From Enoplolaimus lenunculus (Eukaryota): a DNA stretch of 64,000 bases. The notes under the pieces were generated by a model. The model did no database searches. It was not told the DNA's origin and worked only from the letters and a program-made list of their open reading frames with translations. The stretch covers positions 310,001 through 374,000 of the forward strand of contig JASANG010001402.1 of assembly GCA_030248215.1 (NCBI GenBank). The letters are read 5' to 3'. Below, in pieces: positions 38,248-51,008 of this stretch. Position 1 is the stretch's first letter. Each line of letters starts with the position of its first letter. A program made the translations under genes and the position numbers.

Positions 38248-38677
38248 TAGGGATGTGCAGTTACCATAAGTGTTGCCGATGCCGATACCAACGTCGGTTA
38301 TTGCTTTGAAAATATGCCGATGACATACCGACACTTATGCCGATGCCGATTTCAATTTTAATACACAATGTTTAAAGAACAGACAGCATACAACGTTACA
38401 TCATTAAAAACGCGAAGACTTAAACCCTAACAGCCATAAATGATTTATATTTTAGGAGAACGGGTCATTTCAATTAATTTTTTCAAACACAAACGCAGAA
38501 GAGATAACCGTTTTTCTGAACACACGCACTGAAACACGCCATTCCAACTGAATGCTGTGTGCAAAAAATATCGGCAAAAATCGGCAATTGTTTTGCAGTA
38601 CCGATGCCGATAGTCTCGAAAAGTGCCAAGTGCCGATTATTAACGATGCCGTATGCCGATTAATCGGCTCATTCCTA
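38248..38677. mobile_element. hAT-like MITE with GCCGAT repeats, nested in a degenerate TTAGGC MITE
   Basis: tagggatgtgc ... gctcattccta; perfect 8-bp TSD AAACATAG. Confidence 0.8.
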
Positions 38678-39180
38678 AAACATAGGCTTAGGAATATGCT
38701 TATAAGTTCACTCGTGTTGCGCTCCTAAATATAACGCTAGCAGATCTAAGTGCTGAAACTGTCTAAAAATAATCAAAAAAATGTTGGTAAAAATATGTTT
38801 TTTGAGCTGGTTTTTCAGACTAAATGTGAAAAATGCCACCAGTTCTCTGCAAAACTAACAAATTTTACACAACTTAATACTTTAATAGTTTTACGCAAAC
38901 TTCTGTAACAAGTAGGTTTGTTAGGCAATCTTCGCCAGAGTTTCTTGGGGCAATGTTTATCGACGTTAGAGTGATGGTGCCCGAATCAAAGTACAGAGTT
39001 TACTTTTTTGGCTTACAGTTTATATTATTGGAAACCTGGCCAATGTGACTTTGAGGGGTGTAACCGTAGTTAAATTCATAGGCTCGGACAAATGGGTGCG
39101 CCACCACCGACCCCCTTTATTAACTCACTTGCACTCAATTAGTTTGCATCCTTAACGGCTTCCTGATCGTCCAAAAAGCG

Positions 39181-40953
39181 CTATAACACATCCGACTCTT
39201 TTTCAAGAATATACAAATCTTTACCAATCCTTGATTTTTGATCCACTTCTGACCACGGAACAAGACGGTTCCACGTCGCAGCCACTAAAATAACACCAAA
39301 CATCAAGAATCCTGTGCCAACGGCCCAAGTTATTTTTGGTCCTTGATACTGAAATAACAAACTGACAATTATTGGACTTATAGTCATCGCACCTTGCCCA
39401 GTTGCAGCGAACACACCCTGAAGGAATCCTTGTTTACGTGGACCAACCACTTTTGAGAATAACACTGCATTCGGCATATAACCGACTGCAAATGCAATTG
39501 TAACGCACGCATAACCCACGATATATTCAGCCAGACCAACTCGACTTGTATACTCACACCATACATAGTGACATGACGTCATATTAAATGATGATCCATC
39601 TTGGGATACATTATCTCCAGGAGTATTGAATGTTGAATTTAATGAGGAATCATTTTGCCAGTGGTAAGTCATCAGCGATGGTAACCAAGGCCACGAAAAC
39701 GTGAGCAAATAATACGTTTGAAATGCAATGATTCCAATTATGATCAGGACTCGTTCTCGAATTCGGTTCATCAGATATATACCGCCAAATAGAACGCCGA
39801 TTATCTCGAAACAACCGCTGCCTAACGAAATATACCCGTTGTATCGAACCGCTTCTGAAGCAGACCAATGAAACATAACCATGGTAAATGGAGATCCAAT
39901 GGTAACATCGTAAGTGTAACAAAATTGCAGTATAAATCTAACGCTTGTCAGCACCCAAACCGCTACCATGTCGTAATCTTTTAGTTGGTTTCGAGATTCA
40001 GTTTTGCTCAACGATCCGTTCAACTTACTCTGCGCTGAATGCTCGAAGTTCGCTTGTGGCAGATCGATTGAGTTGAGAAGTTCCGACTGACAGTTGCGTT
40101 CTGAGTCAATTTTTTCCAAGGCTTTCTGAGTTGAGTTCCACGGGTCGTTTTTCGCGATTTTGCCGTTTGTTACGACTGTTCCGTTGTGATTTGTACCCTG
40201 TCGTATTTCACTTTTATCCACGGATACCCAACGTTCACGAAAGACAGTATACATAAGTACAATTTGAACCGATCCAAGGAATATATTTGCGTACGCCGGT
40301 GCTGAATACATATTGAAATGAAATGGACCGTAGATGAAAGCCGGATATCCGATAGGAAGAAACAGAATTTGAATAGCGGGTCCTAGGGAAACTCCAAGAA
40401 CTCCGCTTGCTGATCGAAATGCCATTGCTTTGTTGCGTTCGCTCAGTTTTGATGCCATAGCTGTGTAGGCATACAATGCGCCTATATTTCCTAACCCGAA
40501 ACCAGAGATCGCTCGAGCGACCAGCATAACCCATCGTCTTGCGTTTGGAGGCGCAGCTTCAACAAATGCGAGCACAACGTTTCCCAGCATCGTTGCAACG
40601 ATTCCAGCAACAATGGGCAGCCGAGTCTGTTCGATCCAATTTGACCATGCGCCGAACAGCGGTGCTGAAATTGTGCTCGCAAGATAAAAGCTCATGACAA
40701 TTAAGCCGAAAAAATCTTCGCTTGCATATGGGTCAATTTCAAGCAGATACGGCCAAAGAGACGTGAAATATAAGAAAACTTGAATCATTACAATAAAATT
40801 GAGGATGTAAACGACAATCAGTGAAGTCCATCTGTGCCAGAACTCAGCTGACGTCTCGTACTCTTCTTGAATGCTGGTGACATTTGATAGAAGCACCTGC
40901 TGATGTTGATCGGAACTGTCTTCTGGCAGATTGTCGCAACCATCCAGAGTCAT
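39181..40953 (-). CDS. MFSD8: MFSD8/CLN7-like MFS transporter, paralogue 2 (intronless)
   Basis: ORF open from 40980; first ATG at 40953; same motifs as paralogue 1 (SLWPYLLEID, FNMYSAPAY, LFSKVVGPRKQG). Confidence 0.9.
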   Translation of the reverse strand: MTLDGCDNLPEDSSDQHQQVLLSNVTSIQEEYETSAEFWHRWTSLIVVYILNFIVMIQVFLYFTSLWPYLLEIDPYASEDFFGLIVMSFYLASTISAPLFGAWSNWIEQTRLPIVAGIVATMLGNVVLAFVEAAPPNARRWVMLVARAISGFGLGNIGALYAYTAMASKLSERNKAMAFRSASGVLGVSLGPAIQILFLPIGYPAFIYGPFHFNMYSAPAYANIFLGSVQIVLMYTVFRERWVSVDKSEIRQGTNHNGTVVTNGKIAKNDPWNSTQKALEKIDSERNCQSELLNSIDLPQANFEHSAQSKLNGSLSKTESRNQLKDYDMVAVWVLTSVRFILQFCYTYDVTIGSPFTMVMFHWSASEAVRYNGYISLGSGCFEIIGVLFGGIYLMNRIRERVLIIIGIIAFQTYYLLTFSWPWLPSLMTYHWQNDSSLNSTFNTPGDNVSQDGSSFNMTSCHYVWCEYTSRVGLAEYIVGYACVTIAFAVGYMPNAVLFSKVVGPRKQGFLQGVFAATGQGAMTISPIIVSLLFQYQGPKITWAVGTGFLMFGVILVAATWNRLVPWSEVDQKSRIGKDLYILEKESDVL

Positions 40954-42488
40954 ATTGGCCTGCGTTTTGGTGTCTGACACTCACGGTCAACTATAAGTTT
41001 AGTCGCATTTAAATCACAAAAAATTAATATAAAAACAAATCAACTGATAAAAGTTTTTAAGCTGGGGATAACGAAAAATTTCTAAACATAAAATCTGCCA
41101 TTGCGGCAGTAAAACTTTTCTACCCAGGAACGGCGAGGGCAAAGATGTTTGTAGCCTGCCCTTCCGCTTTGATCTTTTTCGACGGTCGTGACGCTGACCT
41201 GGTTTTATTTCGACGGTTTTCAGTTATTGGGTTGAATGTTACAAGGCTTATCACCAGCTGTTAATAGATGTTGTATTCGTTTGAAGGCTCATGTAAAGAT
41301 CAGGGGCGAAACGTTTTTGCGGGTCTGGAATAAAGTAAGCTTGAGCTTTAAACGATTTACTGCTTAGGTTTTAACTAAGGTATACCGGCATTTTCAACTT
41401 AGCTTGGGCTTAGCGCTTAGGAATATGCTTATACTACTGTTACAGTCCTGTTCTCTACATTAGCCCATTTGAAAAATATGTATCTTAGCAGAAACTCCAA
41501 CCCCAGTTAGACAACTGTGTTACGCCTTTAACAAAAGCTTCAATGACGGATGTGATGGTTTCCGGAGTGGGATAAAACTTTGTGTTCAGATATTTTACAG
41601 TTTTAAACCACAGTTTAAGCAAAATAATAAATATTGTAATATTGACTATTTGGGCCAAAGGCATATAAGAAGCATCGAATCTTTGTTGTGATTTCGTCAC
41701 ATATTTGTCTAACAAGCATCAGTGTGGGCTCGAGATGAGCTGTTTGCAATATAAAATATTTAGCAGCGCAGGGATGATGGACGGAATACCTCGTAACACA
41801 ACAAACTGGATCTGCCACTGAAAAGGCTGCAACTGAGATTTCAAACTTTACACAACCAGGCAATCAGGAATTATACAGAAGCCTTTATTGACAACATCCG
41901 AAATTCCAAAACATTTTATTAAAGAACAGTGAAATTTCTCACGACATTAAGAAGCAAAATAAAAAATTACCACTTTAAAGTGAAATAATCTTTAAGCGTT
42001 TCCTACACAGTTTACTTATCGGCAACTTTAAATGGCTTTGAAACCGTAAATAAAAAAGTGTGAAACTCTTCAAAATTTAAAAATTAAAGCTGTATTTTGT
42101 AAACATAAACTCAAACTCTGTGAAAACACTGGTAAAAATAGCCAACCATGCAGTTAATTTGTAAACAAAGCTAAAATCACTGAATTTTTTGAAAATTACG
42201 CCTGCAGAAAGGCCACACACGAGCATAATTGGTTGACAACTTGGGATTTTTTTACGATTTTCCAAGTATTAAATTTCTCTAAGCTGATCATTCCACGTAT
42301 GCCATTTTTGTTGTCGAAATCCTGCTGTGTTTCCAACAGAGTGCGACCGGATACCAAAAACTGACGGAGCCGAAGCCGGATAATGAGTTTAAATTGAACA
42401 CTGGATTGCGTCCAAATATCACAACGTATCTTACAATTTTTCCTTCCGTGGCTTAAGGTATCCAAAGTGTTTACGTGGTAGAGTTTAA

Positions 42489-42751
42489 CCCTTTCTCACG
42501 GGAATATTTGCAATTTCACATGAGATGTAATTTGGAGGTGAGATTCGAACCCCAGTCTCACGGGTGGTAGGCGGTTACGATGACCACTGAGCTATAGGAG
42601 CTTGCCGCTCGAGCCCGAGTAGGCTGTAACGTCTCGTGGAGATTTAACACTGCGCATATATGTTATAAATGTTATACACTGCTCACAGTATGTGTATTGC
42701 TTTTACATTATTGTATTTAGTTGCTCATAGTATACTCTATGAGCGAAAGGG
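42489..42751 (-). mobile_element. piggyBac-like MITE containing a tRNA-like segment
   Basis: ttaa-CCCTTTC ... GAAAGGG-ttat; minus strand tagctcagtgg ... ggggttcgaatc. Confidence 0.8.
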
Positions 42752-43109
42752 TTATTATCTCATGCCGATGCATTTTTAACATTTTAACAACGACCCAAAT
42801 TCATTATTCATGTATATATAATGTTGCGTTCAGCTGCAATATTCGTTTGGCTCATGTTTCTTTTAAGGGCATTCAGTTTTCCGTAGGTACGTACTGTAAA
42901 ACAGATGTGGCTAAGAACCAGGATGGAAGTTTCGTCTCAGTCTCGGCAAGTCTCGGTGTTTGGCAGGTTTCTGTTTCTTTCAGCTCGGCGGTCTGGAACC
43001 GACACTAGAAGTCGAGGTTTAAGAAAATACTGGTAGACCTTAAAATGCAGAAGTTAATATTGTTGAAGCAAGTTTATGCCTGATAAAAAAATTCGTTATG
43101 AACATATAT

Positions 43110-43242
43110 TAGTGGTGGGCATCGGATATTTTTTCATATCCGGCAATTCTTCCGGATATTTATCCGGATATCCGGATACACGTTTCATTTCGGATACATA
43201 TCCGGATATTTTTCATATCCGGATATCCGGTGCCCATCTATA
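43110..43242. mobile_element. hAT-like MITE with ATCCGGAT palindromic repeats
   Basis: tagtggtgggcatcggatat ... atatccggtgcccatctata; perfect TSD ACATATAT. Confidence 0.75.
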
Positions 43243-44651
43243 ACATATATTTTCATTGTTACGCAATAACTATTTAGCAGATATTCTGAAAGCACAAAAA
43301 ACTGTGAAAAAACACAAAAAACTAAGCACGAAAAGAGCATTTTAGGAATAATTTATTTCGAAAAACTTATTTTTTCGGTGATGACCAAAAGTTGACTGAG
43401 ACGGAGGCATCGTTTTACGGCAAGTTTTCCTCCAATCCTGTGGCTCGAATTAAGGCTATTACTTTTGCTACGGTTACGATTAGTTATAGAACCATTTTTA
43501 CGCTGAAGTTTACGCTTAGCTTAATACGAATATTAGAAATAAGCTGATATATTTCGTTACGCCCCTAGAATATATTAACACTCGTCATCTATATCTCGTT
43601 TTTCTGGTAACCCAATAAAGATTGTGAACGTACAATTTACAGGTATCGGATATTTTTTCATATCCGGATAGATAACCAGATATCAGGAATTAAATTCTCT
43701 ACTTCGAATATCCGAAACTCGATTTTGCGTTTTTTAGGGTTTCCGAACATCAATTTTCGTTGTCTTAAGCGCTTGTTTTAACTGGTTGTTCTAAAGGAAG
43801 TACTCTGATCTTAAACGATTCGAAAGTCGTGATTTATTCTGCAACCGCGTTACTTATTAGTTTTGGCTTGGGTATTCGGATTGGAAGATCGCTGTAGGGA
43901 TGCATCTGGGCACGTGCCTTTAAATCTCACCAGGGTATATTTCTAATACAGCCTGCAAGCTGCAAAATGTGTGCGTCAGGGTCGAACTCCAAGCTTTTTT
44001 TGTCAAGCGCGGCATGGGCATCGCTTGCGTCGGTGTCGCGCTGTATGGCCTTGGGGTATGGCGATTCCCAAGGCTACAAGCAGTTTATAAGGTGTAGAAC
44101 CTCGCCTATCCCTAGGAGCTGAAGCGATTAAACCACTCGTGAGCTACTTATTGGACTTTACTTTTGGGTTCCCCGAAATGGCCGTTTTGGCTCGGACGGA
44201 TTCTTTGTTTTCTTTCTTCACAGTGTTAACTGTGTTGCTGTAGTTGTTTGGTTTGAATGCAGAATTTGTTTTCGTCAGCTCCAGCAAGTTAAATGGCGAA
44301 ACAATGGAAATTATTCCAAAAAATTGATTACACAATAGCATTTCGGATTTCCAGATATTTGGATATCGGGTGCCTATCTTTAGTTGTGAAGAAGTATACA
44401 GAATAGTCCTTAAGGAAATATTTATATATCCCGTTATAGGTAGTTATGCAATAGTGTAGACGCTAAATTAGCTGTTATTTACAAATATTTTATTGCTCAT
44501 TCAAATAAGAATTATTAAAATCTTTAAAAATGAAGCAATTTAAACTTTATAACAATTTTAAAATATCGTCGCTTGGTGATAAATGGTAGTTTAAATTCGC
44601 AGTTTAAAACGTTATTTAATAGTCACATATAGGCGAAAATATGTTTCTCAA

Positions 44652-45045
44652 TAGGGTACAACCGGACGTATGCCTCCGGTTCCGGCTCCGACAGAAAATC
44701 AGCCTCTGACTCCTACTCCGGATCCGGTAGAATTTTTGCCGGAGGTTCTGGCAATTTCGATAGATAAGTTTTGCATAATTTTGCAAAATTTATCTGTTTA
44801 GCGCGTTTCGGTTTTACTTTTGTCACAATTTTCACGAAAGAATTTCCGTAATTTCGCAAAAAGTAGCGTAAACTACAAACAACTTTAACAACATATTGCA
44901 GATATTGACTAAAATTAACTAATTAACCTTCACTTTTACAACCTAATTTCGCCTCACCTCCGACTCCGGCTCCGACTCCGACAACTTTCGTTGGCCTCCA
45001 GTTCCGGCTCCAGCTCCGGTATTTTTCACCTCCGGTTGCACCCTG
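44652..45045. mobile_element. hAT-like MITE with CTCCGG subterminal repeats
   Basis: tagggtacaaccgga ... tccggttgcaccctg; relatives at 22076-22167 and 55749-56081. Confidence 0.7.
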
Positions 45046-45328
45046 GTTTCTTGCCAGCTTTGTTTGGTTTCTCGCATTATGGGCAATGTCTGATCTAAAG
45101 GGATGCTAACGTTTTTGCCAATAAGTAAACGGTGCCTAGACACAAAGTCAGTGGTATTTAAGTTTAGGTTTAAGCTTTTAGAAATCGTGTCAAAAATGTA
45201 AAACACTTTTTGTACTGTAATGCTAAATTAGCGTTGTAATAAACGCACAAAAGCACTTGGTTATAATGTCGTTTGTTTACACAAGTAATTCATTTCAGAG
45301 CTTGTCTGCTCACAAAAAAGCGTTTTAA

Positions 45329-45591
45329 CCCCTTCTGACATTGAGTTGCCTATAGGCAACTCAGCGCAGTGTATATACGTTTAATAATATATATCGCACC
45401 GTGTTAAACAATTGCAACCCGTATACATAGTACTAAATCACCACAAGATGTGAGAGCCCCATCGGGCTCGAGCGTCAAGCTCCTATAGCTGAGTGGTGAT
45501 GGTATACGCCTCCCACTCCAGTCACTGGAGTTCGAATCCTAGCATAAACGTATGTCTCAGGGGAAATAGAAAATATTCATGCGAGAAAGAG
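45329..45591 (+). mobile_element. piggyBac-like MITE with a tRNA-like segment (variant)
   Basis: Flanked by TTAA on both sides; tagctgagtgg and gagttcgaatcc boxes. Confidence 0.7.
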
Positions 45592-46904
45592 TTAAGCGAA
45601 AAATTTTCAGTTTACTATCTTTAAAGATGCTGCTTGAAACGTGAAAATTGTTTACAATAGCGTTTTATTTTTGACATAGTTTTTAACGAACAGATCTTGA
45701 TAATTAAAATGAACCAGCTACTGCATAGTGTATAATTTTCAAATGCAGTTATTTCATTTCAGTTTGACAGAGTATTTTTAACCAAACAGATGTTACATAG
45801 GACGCTTACAATGTAGCATTAAAGTTTAATTGAAACATTCGACACAGCCGTAGTGCCGAATCATCAAAAAAATAGATTTAATTTTTAAATTTCAAATCCG
45901 ATTACGCAACGTACCCTAAAGTTCCACGAATACGTATGCGACATTTTAATACACAGTTCAATCGGCCCATGTTACTTTAAGGGGCGCCTAGGTTTCTGGT
46001 AGGTCCATAAAAGAGTAGGTTTAGATTCTAGATTACATTTTTTGCTTAGGCTTAGGCTTAGGGTTACGCTTAGGAATACGCTTTTGCAACGTTTAGGCTT
46101 TGGTTTAGGCTTAAGAATTCGCTTAATCTACTGTTACGCCCCTTAACGTAACATTGATCGTTCAACCGAAGGTCTGCATTCGACTCAATTGTCCCGTTGC
46201 ATTTTCTGTACACTCGTTGAAGTAAATTTTCCCAAATTTTTCTGCTATCAATAAAAAATATGTTGTGCATTGTACTGTGTTCACAGTTTTTTTGATTCGC
46301 AAAAATGTAACACGTACAAATTTATGATGGTTCTCGTATATGCTGCCCCTGTTTAGGTTTTTAGGTTTAGGCTCGGGCTTAGGTTTTGGAATACGGCTTT
46401 CGTAAACTTAAGTGTAAACTTTTGCGTAAGCTTTAATTTCAAATGTGTGGAAATGTACGAGAGCCAATTTTTTGTAAACGCGAATAGGTTTTTTGTCTTT
46501 TCTGCGAATCTTAAAAGATAAGTTTGTCAGTTTCGTACGTTGCAGCCGGAAGTTAATCATAAAATGGCTAAAGATTAACCATGAATGGTCCTATTCAATT
46601 CGGTAGCCGTTTGAAATATTTCGAATATTTTAGTGGGTGCATACAGGGCCCCCATATTCGCTATTTTTACTACTTATTGCAAAAATTCGACTTCGGGTGG
46701 CCGTTTCTGTGTTACAAAGCAATTGCTTCACAATTGCAATAGTTCATAACTATTTATTGCACAAAATATGCGCATTGAAATATATATATTTTGTATATCG
46801 TTGCATTGCATAAACCTCAATTATATAAAACAAGGTATCGCTGTCTTCAAGTCACAATTTTATAAACGCAACTGCGGTGAGCGGTTTGTGAAAGTTAATC
46901 TTTA

Positions 46905-47113
46905 CACTGCAAAAATAAGCGAGTCAAATTGATTCCCTCCGAAATAGGCTCTACGGGACTACACAATCTGAGTCGAATTCGACTCCGCCAGAGTCAAATG
47001 TGCTACTTAGTGAGTCGAATTTGACTCTGGCGGAGTCGAATTTGCCTCAGATGGTGTAGTCCCGTAGAGCTTATTTCGGAGGGAGTAAATTTGACTCATA
47101 ATTTTTTGCGGTG
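46905..47113. mobile_element. Fold-back MITE, about 95-bp arms
   Basis: TA-cactgcaaaaa ... ttttttgcggtg-TA; almost the whole element is self-complementary. Confidence 0.85.
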
Positions 47114-47894
47114 TAGCGCGAGTAAATTACAATAGATACAATTCGAAGTATTTGCCTGTGTCACTATACTCGTTGCCGTTTGGAGAAATAGAACGATTCG
47201 CAGAACGAAAATTGTTCACAAAACTTAATATATTTTTTGTAAACTTTTACGTAGTTCTTTTTTTGTTTAAAAGCCTACATTTTTTCGGTTGCGTTTATTT
47301 TGTTGTTTGCGTCGAGTATTTTGTATTTACAAAATCGAGTATTAATGACGACTTCGGGTGCAAACGTGTATATTAAAGCTGGAACGACGCACATACGTAT
47401 TTTGCGCTAACAGAAAAACAGCGTAGATATGCAAATTAAAGATCAATGTATATGTATATAGTGATAGTCTTTTCTCATACAGATTGGCTTCGGGCCAGCG
47501 TTCTGCGCTTAAAATTTCAGCGTAACAAATTTTGCTACTTGCTAATTAGTAGATATTATTTCTGAATTTTTTCGTTATTTTCTTTCAAATTTGTGAAATT
47601 TTTATTTGGTTTGCGAGCTTAGGCCTATGTAAAGATAAGGGGCGGAACGTTTTTCTGTGGCATTGTAAATAGAGTAAGCTTTACGGATTAACCATTATTT
47701 GTTTACGTTTATTCTTTAGGCTTACGCTTAGGAATATGCTTATACTATTAATGTTACGGCCGTACATTGACTGAGCCTACAACAAAGGAATACTTTTTTC
47801 AACTTAATTTTCGATGGTAAAAAGCATGTGATTCCGTTGCCCAAATTTTCAAATCTGTATAGCATTTACTTGTCGATGTTTGGTTACAAATTTT

Positions 47895-48189
47895 GGTCCA
47901 TGTAAAAGATCAGGGGCATAACGCTTTTCTGTGGGACTGCAATAGAGTAAGCTTTAGCTTTAGACTAATTTTTTTGCTTGGCTTAGGCTTAGGCTTAGGC
48001 TTAGGCTTAAGCTTAGGAATAGGCTTAGGCTTAGGCTTAAGCTTAGGAATATGCTTAGGCTTAGGCTTAAGCTTAGGAATTTGCTTAGGCTTAGGCTTAA
48101 GCTTAGGAATAGGCTTAGGCTTAAGCTTAGGAATAGGCTTAGGCTTAAGCTTAGGAATATGCTTATAATACTGTGCCGCTCCATTGACG
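47895..48189 (+). mobile_element. TTAGGC MITE (subtype A) with an expanded higher-order array
   Basis: Repeating ggcttaggcttaggcttaagcttaggaat unit (about 30 bp) from 47981 to 48160. Confidence 0.85.
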
Positions 48190-51008
48190 AGGTTGTCTGT
48201 ATTTTAACACAAACTTTAAATCCACACCTGCTGAAGTTGATTTATACCACAAACTATTTTCGCTATAATTGTCGTGGCCAATGTTACTTTAAGGGGCGTA
48301 ACAGTAGATTATGCGTATTACTAAGCCTACGCCAAAGCGTAAGCGTTGCAAAAATGTTTTCCTAAGACTAAGCAAAAAAGGTAATCTTGAATCTTACTCT
48401 TTTATGGACCTATCAGAAACCTGGACGATCCTTAAAGTAACTTGGGCCATTGTCATTTTCGGTGCACATTTACATATAACTCGGTGTATATAATCGGTGT
48501 AGTGCAAGGTTGCAAACTCATTTTAGCTGCAAAGATTTTTCACGTTCCGTATCAAACACCACGACCATGTAAAGATCAGGCGCAGAACATTTTTCTACGG
48601 GTCTGGAAAAGAGTAAACTTAAGCTTTAGACTAATTTTTTGCTTAAGTTTAGGCTTTATGTATAAGCTCATTCTTACACTTTAGCTTCGGTTTACGCATA
48701 GAAATATGCTTCTACAACAGTGCCGGCCATGCATTAGTCAAAGATCACATTAACAGCAAAGTTGATCTGAACATCGCCTGTGTGTGCGCATGGAAGGATT
48801 GTATATATTTTATAAGGCTGATAAGTTATTGCTGCAAAATTTAACAAAAATAAAGGCAAAGTTGAAACTTTTTGACAAAAAAATGCAAAAAAATGTCACA
48901 AAAAACGCAAAATTGCGTCTTGATACGATTTGATGCTGAGGAATTCAAAATATTTGAACTGGGACCTCCTGGTTGATATATTTTGCAAATTTTACGGTGT
49001 AAAAACGACCGCGGTATATGAAATTTGTTCGTTCAAATTGTGTCACCAAAGTTAAGGACCTGATCAGTGTAAGACAGGGAGACAACGAGACTTAGAGACT
49101 ATAGGAGGCTTGGGTTTAGGTTTAGTTGGCATGCACGTTCAGTTGGCAGGTCTCTAAGGTTTACACGGACCAGTTTTCTCCACAAAAGCGTCCGCTATGG
49201 CAGAATGACTCGTAAATAACTCAGACTTTAGGCTTAGGCTGAAACTTTGGCACGTTCTTAGACTGAGGTTTAGTCTTAGCCTAAACTTCAGCCTAAAAAT
49301 AAATGCCTCGGCGAATTTTATAGAACCAGTTATTATATTTGGGACGGTTTTAGCCTAGTCTTAGGTTAAGCTTAAACTTAGGCAAATGAAAATAATGAAT
49401 AGTGATTTACGTGTAATGTTTTGCTTTAGTATCAAATTGACATTAGTGTGAGAGGCGGAAACTAAACCAAGTACAGCCTGTAGTTGTAGCTTTTACTAAA
49501 ATAGCTTGTTTGCCTAAATTTCCGCTACTGAGCGTTAATACAGGGTTCACTTATTTGTGCAGCCTGGCGCACAGGAGCATCCCACGGGACCATTCTGGCC
49601 CTGCTCGACACCCGAACACGAATCTAAACCATGATTTGTATTAAAGGTTAACCACTAAAACGCCGCTTTATCGCTCGTTTTAACCCCAAACTTTTCTCTA
49701 CTATTTTTACGCAGTGTCCTTGTTTAGAAAATTGTTGATCCGCAACTGGACTGGCGATAGCTGTAAAATGTATCTCAGACGAGTGAAAAATGTTAAAAAA
49801 AAGTTCTAAAATACATTTTCGAAAATTAAAAAGAACATTGCTAATAAACAACTTTCGAAAAAATATATTAATAAAAGTATCATTTATACAACATTTACGA
49901 TCCTCATATTATCAAGGTTTTCATATTTCGCTAGCAGTGTCGCTAACGTAAATTGCGAAACACGTAAAATTTGCAGTCAATATTTTGCTGCATTTTAATA
50001 ATGGTCTAAACGATGCGGTCACCGAAAGTTTATGATCTTTTATTTATTTAAATAGCAAACGTTTATTATTTCGAATGGATTTAAGACAACGCTACTCTTA
50101 AAAGCTGGTAAATAAGTTCTTTCTTACACTTAGGCTTAGGTTCAGGTTTAATATATAGGTTTATTAATATGCCTTTACTACTGTTACAAACTTGTTATAT
50201 AGATTGGCCCGTAAGCCTGGAGCAGACTTTGCCAAGGTATAAATGCGAAATGTTGCATCGAACAATATAATGCTGAATTGAACCATTTTTGGGCTAATGT
50301 CCATCTATCTACTATTGAACTGCAGTATCATATGATATTCGAAATATTGTCTGTCTGTCATGACGTGTTAAAGTTGTGGTACACTAGCTTGCTTGTCCTG
50401 AAGAATGTCTTATGATACTAAAATTTGAAATTCGAATTATTTGTACTTATAATATATTTTTGGTAGAAACAGACGCGTATAAGCTAATTCAGCGTTCGAA
50501 TTCATTTAATGTGACGCGAATCAAACTTTGCTATTTTATTAGTACAAATAACGTTGTCCTGCATGGCATCATATGATATTTAGTAGATTTTTGGAATATC
50601 ATGTGGCATTCACATAAATGTCCCATGTAATCATATAACACATGGCTATTTGTATACGGCGATCGCTTGAGATCAGTGATTTGTAAGCCAATATCATGCG
50701 AATTACCCGCTTGAGTATACTACTAGCATATACTTTTAACATATAAGTATATATTATACCTTTAGTCAAATTATATACTAAACATAATTTGGTCCAGAAA
50801 GCCATTTACGCAATCCAATTACAGTAATTGAAGAGTATGAACTGATAACTGATTAGTAATTTTGCTTTCTATCCATATACGGACTCTTCAAATAGAATCC
50901 TATTGATTCAGCCTAGAAATCGAGACCCCGAATTCTTATTCCTCTTTCGTTTTCGAGTCACTACGGCAGCTTAAAGTCTAAGCCTATTAATACAAAGCCT
51001 AAGCTGAA

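Noticed and set aside
41485..42465. Short ORFs upstream of MFSD8 paralogue 2
   Set aside because: I could not assemble a consistent exon chain or recognise a protein family.
43860..44341. Possible decayed retroelement or captured coding fragment
   Set aside because: Stops in the frames I tried and no recognisable motif; needs a translated search.
47981..48160. True telomere or chromosome-fusion scar
   Set aside because: The array is short, impure and inside a TIR-bounded element, with no head-to-head inversion.
47893..48365. ORFs rich in LRLRL, LGLGL, LSLSL or PKPKP (also 12083, 16325, 23248, 33367, 54970)
   Set aside because: These are translations of (TTAGGC)n inside MITEs.
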